From positions 300,001 through 332,000 of the forward strand of contig NC_009927.1 in assembly GCF_000018105.1 (NCBI RefSeq): a DNA stretch of 32,000 nt, written 5' to 3'. Shown here in pieces: positions 25,822 to 32,000 of the stretch; position 1 is the first letter of the stretch; the number at the start of each line of letters is the position of its first letter. Position numbers and translations under genes: made by a program. Under the pieces are notes generated by a model. That model searched no databases and was not told the DNA's origin. It saw only the letters and a program-made list of their open reading frames with translations. Source of the DNA: Acaryochloris marina MBIC11017 (lineage in GTDB: Bacteria; Cyanobacteriota; Cyanobacteriia; Thermosynechococcales; Thermosynechococcaceae).

Positions 25822-27507
25822 CTATTTTGCCAGTATGTCATTCAATGCTGAAATCGCAGGCGCAAACAAATACTCTCCACCAGTCGGCACAACAAAATCT
25901 TGTTGGGTTTTAATTTCAGTCGTCTGGTGTTCACCGGGGAACTCGATATGCCGTTCTCTATTCCCTGTCGATCCGTTCTGGCCTATGACCATGTCGTGCC
26001 CACCTTGATTTGGCTGAATTGCTGAGTTCGCCCAACGTCGTTGTAAAAACTCAAACTGATCTTCAATACTTGAGTTATAACAAACAAACATTAAACCTCT
26101 GTCTAGCAGTAAGTCCTCATCGCTTAAATCTGGATTGCCAGCGATCGCTGGTCCATAAGGTATGCCGCGGCGCAAGATCATTCTAGCTAAGTTATCTTCT
26201 GGCTTTCCTAAATCGGTAACACTTTCTCTCGGATTGACTTTTCTAATGTGCGCGAAATGAGGGCAAACTTTGGCGAGAAAATCAGCTTTCGCCTGTGGAA
26301 ACGAGTCTCCTGGATAATGGCTATCACTGAACTCAATTTCGCTTGTGTTGTCGTCAAATAGAAAATGATTGTTTGCAAACGCGTTTTTACCAAGCTCAGG
26401 CAATTCACTGTTAGGGCTTCGCATCAATGGAGCACCACTAGGCCAGCGACCAACCAAACGAGAGGCAAACTCTATTACGTCAATGTTTAATGATTCCGCA
26501 GTGCTACTAACAAACCCCCAAAACGCGGACACATCTTGATGTAAGCGTCTTACTACCACGTAAGAGCCAAGCTTTGCCCAGCCGGGAATATTTGTCTGGA
26601 TTCGCCCTTTAAGATATAAGTGTTCAGTGCTTTGACGTGGCTCTCCTAAAAGAAACTGACCTGGCCAAACCAATAACTGCCCTGGCTTGGCAAAATAATC
26701 TTTGCGTTCGTCGGTACCAGCCACATAACGTGGGGTGATAAAATCGCCAGGGCGTTCAGACAGTTTTCCCCGTATTCCCGGCTGCGAAATGCCATCTTTA
26801 AAGCCAAAATGTTCGTGGCCTCTAAACTTGCCTGGTAACCGCTCCCCTGGTTGTTCATATTGCAACTCGATGCCCTGATCTTGCGCATGTTGTTTTATCA
26901 ATGCCACAAATTCTTGCAACTGATCTTTGGAGTTCGCAGCGGTCGTGATCATCATGTCGATCTCATTATTGGTACCACCAAAACGCCAATTCGATTGATG
27001 GCCAGGACTAGATTCATCGCTAGGATCACCTAAGAAAGTTGACCTTTTGGCCATTCCCAAACGAAAACTGTCATCACCAAATTTATTGGCTTCTTCATCC
27101 GAGGTTAGTTTTGCTATGCCCGTGTATGAAAATGACAAATTCAACCAAGCTGACGACAAATAAGTTTCCCTTTGACCCAGTTGAGCTCGGCGTTGCCGAT
27201 GTATTTTTCGAAACTTTAAAACTTCATAAGCGCTGGATATAGATACATAGGGGGAAATTAAACGCAAGAATTGTTTAGGAGAGCTGCCAACTCCAAAACT
27301 TAAAAACAAAAAGTGCTCATAATTGGTATTAAACCCGAGCAGTAAGTTTCCTTGTATATCTGACAGTGTGGCTTCGTTGTAAATAGGTTCGTCAGCCGAT
27401 TGATCGTATGGACTGGGCTCAGGTTTATGCTCTAGCGGTGTATCGTCAATATTTGCTTCAATAGTTGAAAATAAGTCTTTTAGTTCCGTGAAATTAGCGT
27501 TGTCCAT
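25822..27507 (-). CDS. DyP-type haem peroxidase (561 aa, long form, no Tat or Sec signal)
   Basis: DIQGNLLLGF, FGFKDGISQPGIRG (GxxDG), HFAHIRKVNPRE (proximal His region), LRRGIPYG and GLMFVCYNSSIEDQFEFLQRRW. AGGAGA lies about 10 nt upstream of the ATG, within the end of the upstream gene. Confidence 0.9.
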   Translation of the reverse strand: MDNANFTELKDLFSTIEANIDDTPLEHKPEPSPYDQSADEPIYNEATLSDIQGNLLLGFNTNYEHFLFLSFGVGSSPKQFLRLISPYVSISSAYEVLKFRKIHRQRRAQLGQRETYLSSAWLNLSFSYTGIAKLTSDEEANKFGDDSFRLGMAKRSTFLGDPSDESSPGHQSNWRFGGTNNEIDMMITTAANSKDQLQEFVALIKQHAQDQGIELQYEQPGERLPGKFRGHEHFGFKDGISQPGIRGKLSERPGDFITPRYVAGTDERKDYFAKPGQLLVWPGQFLLGEPRQSTEHLYLKGRIQTNIPGWAKLGSYVVVRRLHQDVSAFWGFVSSTAESLNIDVIEFASRLVGRWPSGAPLMRSPNSELPELGKNAFANNHFLFDDNTSEIEFSDSHYPGDSFPQAKADFLAKVCPHFAHIRKVNPRESVTDLGKPEDNLARMILRRGIPYGPAIAGNPDLSDEDLLLDRGLMFVCYNSSIEDQFEFLQRRWANSAIQPNQGGHDMVIGQNGSTGNRERHIEFPGEHQTTEIKTQQDFVVPTGGEYLFAPAISALNDILAK

Positions 27508-27511
27508 CTTT

Positions 27512-28498
27512 TTAATTCTCCTGCCCTTTTTGGGTACCTGCTGAGCCCACTATGCCGACCGTAATGTGCTCGGCTAGCTGTGCGCCATACTGAATTTCAT
27601 GGCCGCCAATGGTCAAGTCACTTACTTGAAAACCTAAAGCTTTAGGAACGGAATACTCCAAACGCATAACCTTGCCATTGGAACCTCTCTTGGGTTGCCA
27701 CCACTCAATAGGGGCAGGTGAGCCGTCCGGCTGAGCGATTCCACTGTTGTCCCAACCAAAAATATAAATGCCAATAGGTTCTTGAAGGCTGACGTATAAT
27801 TTTTTGCGCAATAGCATGTGGACGTCGTAATCGACTCTTGGATCGACCGATGTCGTATATGTTGCAAAAGCTGGGTTAGCCTGATAGTTGTTGGCAGCAT
27901 CAAGCGGGAACATGCTCATTTCTTCTGCCAGGCCAATAGCAGCGCCGAGAGTATTAATGTCTTGAGTGAAATGCATTATGCCGTCAGTTGTGTTCCAGCG
28001 ATTTAGAATATCATAGTCGCCATTTCCATTCATTAGGTCATCTTTTTTAACTGGTTTATCTAGGGTGTCTTTATAAATTTCAACGACTTTATCAGGATCG
28101 AATTTCCACATCTCTTCATAGTAGTTGTGCAGCTCAGTGGTAAAAGTAATCCTTGTAATGGCGTCATCGTCTTTATGGACATACCATTCAAAATATTCGT
28201 CTTGCTCATGCCCTCTATCTTTTCGGTTCGCATTGTCTGCAGTTCTATATGCTTCCCATTTGTTGTCTCGTAAGTTTGGCAATAAGACCCTTCTTGGAAA
28301 TCCCATCCAGCTAATGGTTTTTTCTCCAATGATATCGACATCCACCTCAGCTGGATTATAAAAATGCCCCCCATTGGGGCCTGGAGTCTCTTCTGCGATA
28401 AGGCCTTTTACAAATTCATGCCATTTTTCATAGAAATCACTATCGTCATCAAAATCTTTAATAGACGCAGGTGTGTCAAATTGAGTAATCAGAGACAT
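27512..28498 (-). CDS. Hypothetical protein (328 aa) translationally coupled to the DyP peroxidase gene
   Basis: AAGGAG lies 7 nt upstream of the ATG. Its stop is separated from the dyp ATG by 4 nt. No family motif was recognised. Confidence 0.75.
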   Translation of the reverse strand: MSLITQFDTPASIKDFDDDSDFYEKWHEFVKGLIAEETPGPNGGHFYNPAEVDVDIIGEKTISWMGFPRRVLLPNLRDNKWEAYRTADNANRKDRGHEQDEYFEWYVHKDDDAITRITFTTELHNYYEEMWKFDPDKVVEIYKDTLDKPVKKDDLMNGNGDYDILNRWNTTDGIMHFTQDINTLGAAIGLAEEMSMFPLDAANNYQANPAFATYTTSVDPRVDYDVHMLLRKKLYVSLQEPIGIYIFGWDNSGIAQPDGSPAPIEWWQPKRGSNGKVMRLEYSVPKALGFQVSDLTIGGHEIQYGAQLAEHITVGIVGSAGTQKGQEN

Positions 28499-29104
28499 TT
28501 CACTCTCCTTAGCTGATGGAAATGAAGAATGGTATTATTTGGACGCCACTAAACATATTATCCAAAGTAAATACACATACATTGTCAAGATAGACAATCA
28601 ATAAATGTTTGTGAAATATATGTTATTAAGCGAAAACATTCCCTTTATAAATTTGACTGGTTTGTAGCTCTGATACTTTCAAATCTAAATCGTTAACCAA
28701 GCTTGGAATAGAATTAAGAGCTCCATGGCATCTGTCTAGACACGAGTGATCCGTAGCGGCCTATTCTCATCTACAGGTCCTACTTTAATCAATCTTTCTT
28801 GCCCCGTAGTTACAAAAGGATGATCCTGATCAAAAAATAAACGTGGTCCTCGATCAGAATTTGGAAAATCTTGCAATATGTTGCTTAAAGGCCTTAGCCA
28901 AAGCTCTTTCTAGCTATGGAATAAAACCCAAGTGAGTTGTGAATTAGGTGGATAATTTTCAATCGGCATTATGCTCCCGCAAGCACCCCCCAGATCAGCA
29001 GGTTCCTAGGAGTTGAGCAATGCTTCACCTAGAGATTCGAGCTGATCCCTTTACTCGATAATAGCTATCTCTATCTTCACCCAGCTGAAATCACCTGCTA
29101 AGAC

Positions 29105-32000
29105 TTAGTTTTCAACTGCCCCCAATGCCAATAGTGTGTGTTTTTGAGCTGGGGATAAACCTTTCATCTGAGTAATGTTCATGCCTGCATAGGGCTTAGT
29201 GGGTCTTAGTGTTCTTATACACTCACCAGTTTGAACATGCCAAAGTTTTATAGTTCCGTCAAAACTGCTACTAATAAGACGCTGACCATCAGAACTAAAG
29301 GCTACTGAGGTGACACCATTTGTATGCCCCTCTAAGATTGCCAAATGCTTATGTGTTTCAACATCCCAACATCTAATCGTATGGTCTAAACTTGCAGTGG
29401 CAAGTAGTTGACCATTTGGACTAAAGGCAACATCCCAAATTTGACCTGAATGTCCTTCAAAAATACATATACAATCGTTAGTCTTAAAGTCCCAAAGTCT
29501 AGCTGTTTGATCAACACTCCCACTAGCGATAAAGTGCTCATTTGGGCTAAATGAGACGGAACTCACCCCCGATGAATGCCCTTTCAGAGTGTTTAAACAC
29601 CTACCTTCTTGGATATCCCAAAGCTTAACAGTGCGATCAAAACTTCCACTCGCTAGTATTTCAGCATTCGGACTAAATGAGACAGACCAGACCCAATGGC
29701 CATGTCCCTGAAATGTCTCCAAACATTCGCCGCTATGGATATCCCAAAGTTTGGCAGATTGATCTAACCCACTACTAGCAAGGAATTTTCCTTTCGGGTG
29801 AAATGCCAGTGACCAAATTCCATTAGAATGCCCTTTTAAGATCTTGATGCACTGCCCATTAGAAATATTCCAAAGTCTTATGGTTCGATCACCTGTTCCA
29901 CCCCCACTAGCAATGATTTGGTCATGAGGGCAATAAGCGACGGATCTGATAGCATCTGTATGCCCTGGAAAGTCTAAGCAATTGTGGTCTGAAAGTGACC
30001 AGACCCTTAGGACTTGGGCATCACCACCACTAACAAGAATCTGTTCATGTTGCTTCTCTGTTTCGGAATAGTTAAATGAACCGAAGGGAGTAGTTGCAAA
30101 AATGGCTTCAAATATGGTGAAAGTACATCCCGATAATGTTCTCAAGCATCTGCCTTTATTGTAATCCCATAGCCTAATGGAACCATCTTGGCTACTACTA
30201 GCCATAATTTTTTGAGTAGGATTTATGGCCACAGACCAAACCCAATTTGTATGCCCCAATAAAGTTTTTAAACATTTTCCAGTTCTAATGTCCCAAATTT
30301 TTATCAGTTGATCTGCGCTACCACTAGCAAGGTAATGACCAGAGGAACATAATGCAATCGAGCGTATAGAATTTGAGTGTCCAAACAACTTCTGTATACA
30401 TTCACCACTCTGTAGATTCCATACCCTGATAATTGGATCATCGCAGGCACTCACGAGCATTTGTCCATCAGGACTGTACGCGATTGACCAGACCCATCCA
30501 GCATGACCAGCCAATACTTTCAGGCATTGGCCGCTCTTAACCTCCCAAATCCGAATGGTTTGGTCAGCATATCCACACGCTAGTTCATGATTATCAGGAC
30601 TAAAGGCAATTGATCGGGCTGCTGCCCGGTATCTGAAGCTCTTCAAAAATTGCCCTGTTTGACTATTCCACAGCCTAACAGTGAAGTCATCACTACAACT
30701 TGCAAGGAGTGTACCGTCGGGACTGAATGCTACTTCCCAGATGAAATTAGTATGTCCCGATAAAAGTTTTAAACATTCTCCAGTACGTACGTTCCAAAGC
30801 CTAACAGTCTGGTCTGGGCCAGCACTGGCCAGCAGATGATTGGTCGGACTGAAGGCCAAAGATTTGACCCAGTTTGTATGTCCGCTACAAGTTAAGAGGG
30901 GTTGCCCATCAGGAACTCGAAGAAGACGAATCTCGCCTTTAAAATCTCCAGCGGCAATGAGCTTGCCATCTGGGGAGAAAGCAATCGATAGGATACCTCC
31001 AAAATCCTTGGAAAAGACTGACTGAGATAGATCTGAGTGAGTGAACTTAACCCCATGCAAGTTGAGTCCTCGTAGATCAGCTTGCCGAATTGTGAGGTGA
31101 GAAAAGTCGTAACCACAGAAATCTACAGGTAACTGTCGGAGCAAATTCAGAACATTTCCTGCGACATAACCTGCTTCTTCCGACGATTTTCCCCGCACCA
31201 CTGAAAGGAGTTGAACCAAGCAGGCTTCAAGGTGTGCTCTACTGCCTAGGACCTTTACCAGGCTAACAATTAAGGGTTGCAAGATCAGGCGAATCTGAGT
31301 GTCTTTGATATAGTCTTTCGCCTGTGCCTTTATGAGTGCATGAGTACGGAACAGATGCAATTGATTTTCCTGTCTTTCCTCATACTGTTGTTGCTCCTGA
31401 ATCTCGGTACAAATTTGCTGAATGAATTTGTGGGCTGTGAACTCCATCACCACAGGTTGTTGGGTGAATCCAGTCTCAGTTTGGTCAACCAAAGATCGAC
31501 GTTGCAGCGAGGTTATCGACTGCAACAGGTCACCTGGGAGAACTTGAACCATCAAATCGAGGGCCAATTGCTCTAACTGGGCAGGCTCGCGATTAATGGT
31601 GAGCCAATACATTACAGCCTGTTCTATCTCTGATAGCCTTTCAAACTGCTTGTTGAGGAGGTCGTAGATATCCTCAAGAACGAATGGCTCCATCTGTGAG
31701 AAGCTGAGGAAACGAGAAAGACTTCCTTCAAAGCATTCTTTAATGGTTGATGACACAATTTTTAGAGCTAAGGGATTACCCGCATAGTGCTTGTTTATAG
31801 CGGACCACTCTTTTTCCGTTCCTGTGAATATGCCCTTAGTTTTAACCAAGGTCTGACAAGCATTAGTTGATAACCCTTTCAACTGCAAGCATCGAACTGG
31901 CAGGGAGTCTCCCTCCATCGCTGCAATTCCTTGTGGTTTTTCCCGAGCGGTCACCAAAACACAACTGCTGTGGGTAGCTTCTCCAAACATTTCAAAGAGC
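29105..32000 (-). CDS. STAND NTPase of the NB-ARC/AP-ATPase type fused to 14 WD40 repeats (partial; N-terminus lies beyond the window end)
   Basis: VLVTAREKP and GNPLALKIV are NB-ARC signatures. A pentapeptide-like linker FCGYDFSHLTIRQADLRGLNLHGVKFTHSDLSQSVF follows, then 14 units of the form GHxxxVxSVAFSPDGxxLAS...D.T.(R/K)LW. The frame is open to position 32000. Confidence 0.9.
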   Translation of the reverse strand, partial: LFEMFGEATHSSCVLVTAREKPQGIAAMEGDSLPVRCLQLKGLSTNACQTLVKTKGIFTGTEKEWSAINKHYAGNPLALKIVSSTIKECFEGSLSRFLSFSQMEPFVLEDIYDLLNKQFERLSEIEQAVMYWLTINREPAQLEQLALDLMVQVLPGDLLQSITSLQRRSLVDQTETGFTQQPVVMEFTAHKFIQQICTEIQEQQQYEERQENQLHLFRTHALIKAQAKDYIKDTQIRLILQPLIVSLVKVLGSRAHLEACLVQLLSVVRGKSSEEAGYVAGNVLNLLRQLPVDFCGYDFSHLTIRQADLRGLNLHGVKFTHSDLSQSVFSKDFGGILSIAFSPDGKLIAAGDFKGEIRLLRVPDGQPLLTCSGHTNWVKSLAFSPTNHLLASAGPDQTVRLWNVRTGECLKLLSGHTNFIWEVAFSPDGTLLASCSDDFTVRLWNSQTGQFLKSFRYRAAARSIAFSPDNHELACGYADQTIRIWEVKSGQCLKVLAGHAGWVWSIAYSPDGQMLVSACDDPIIRVWNLQSGECIQKLFGHSNSIRSIALCSSGHYLASGSADQLIKIWDIRTGKCLKTLLGHTNWVWSVAINPTQKIMASSSQDGSIRLWDYNKGRCLRTLSGCTFTIFEAIFATTPFGSFNYSETEKQHEQILVSGGDAQVLRVWSLSDHNCLDFPGHTDAIRSVAYCPHDQIIASGGGTGDRTIRLWNISNGQCIKILKGHSNGIWSLAFHPKGKFLASSGLDQSAKLWDIHSGECLETFQGHGHWVWSVSFSPNAEILASGSFDRTVKLWDIQEGRCLNTLKGHSSGVSSVSFSPNEHFIASGSVDQTARLWDFKTNDCICIFEGHSGQIWDVAFSPNGQLLATASLDHTIRCWDVETHKHLAILEGHTNGVTSVAFSSDGQRLISSSFDGTIKLWHVQTGECIRTLRPTKPYAGMNITQMKGLSPAQKHTLLALGAVEN

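Noticed and set aside
26208-28374. Alternative-frame ORFs inside dyp and the 328-aa gene (26208-26408, 26646-26888, 26851-27033, 27039-27242, 27634-27903, 27818-28006, 28060-28374, 28125-28361)
   Set aside because: They overlap well-supported genes and show no motifs or ribosome-binding sites.
25822-28498. Encapsulin-DyP cargo system
   Set aside because: The DyP C-terminus has no recognisable targeting peptide. The 328-aa partner does not resemble an HK97-fold encapsulin shell by any motif I can see, and it lies upstream rather than downstream of the peroxidase gene.
1-32000. CRISPR arrays, rRNA/tRNA genes, integron attC sites, retron/group II intron reverse transcriptases
   Set aside because: I looked for regularly spaced direct repeats, cloverleaf-like GC-rich segments, RYYYAAC/GTTRRRY pairs at cassette borders and YADD motifs. 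None was found.

Overview
This 32-kb window is a strongly mosaic accessory region. It is probably cyanobacterial. That call is an inference from the NB-ARC/WD40 plus pentapeptide-like architecture, an FGE-domain protein and the IS families present; only two HIP1 GCGATCGC sites are seen, so it is not proven. From left to right the content is as follows. (1) A low-GC gene for a secreted repeat protein. (2) A mid-GC block with small hypothetical ORFs, a staphylococcal-nuclease-like lipoprotein and an FGE-sulfatase-domain protein. (3) A low-GC SGNH/GDSL hydrolase gene downstream of a conspicuously high-GC 938-aa haem peroxidase/alpha-dioxygenase-like gene. (4) A low-GC MtfA-like M90 peptidase gene and a higBA toxin-antitoxin pair. 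(5) An IS6-family transposase gene split into three in-frame pieces by an IS110-family element and an IS21-family element, the latter with a 7-bp target duplication. (6) A probably 5'-truncated coiled-coil ORF. (7) An isolated 802-aa ORF with no recognisable family. (8) An intact ISL3-family element with 21-bp inverted repeats and an 8-bp target duplication. (9) A co-directional minus-strand series: NB-ARC/WD40 STAND NTPase (partial), an unknown 328-aa protein translationally coupled to a long DyP-type peroxidase, a MITE-like inverted-repeat element, and a low-GC class-3 lipase. No rRNA, tRNA or CRISPR array was recognised. The most interesting signal is that two unrelated haem peroxidases are each followed on the same strand by an unrelated lipolytic-type hydrolase, one of them with an unknown coupled partner protein and an upstream STAND NTPase. 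This could be a lipid-oxidation (oxylipin-type) or conflict-effector module. That reading is a hypothesis only. All family calls come from motifs read by eye and recalled family signatures, not from searches.
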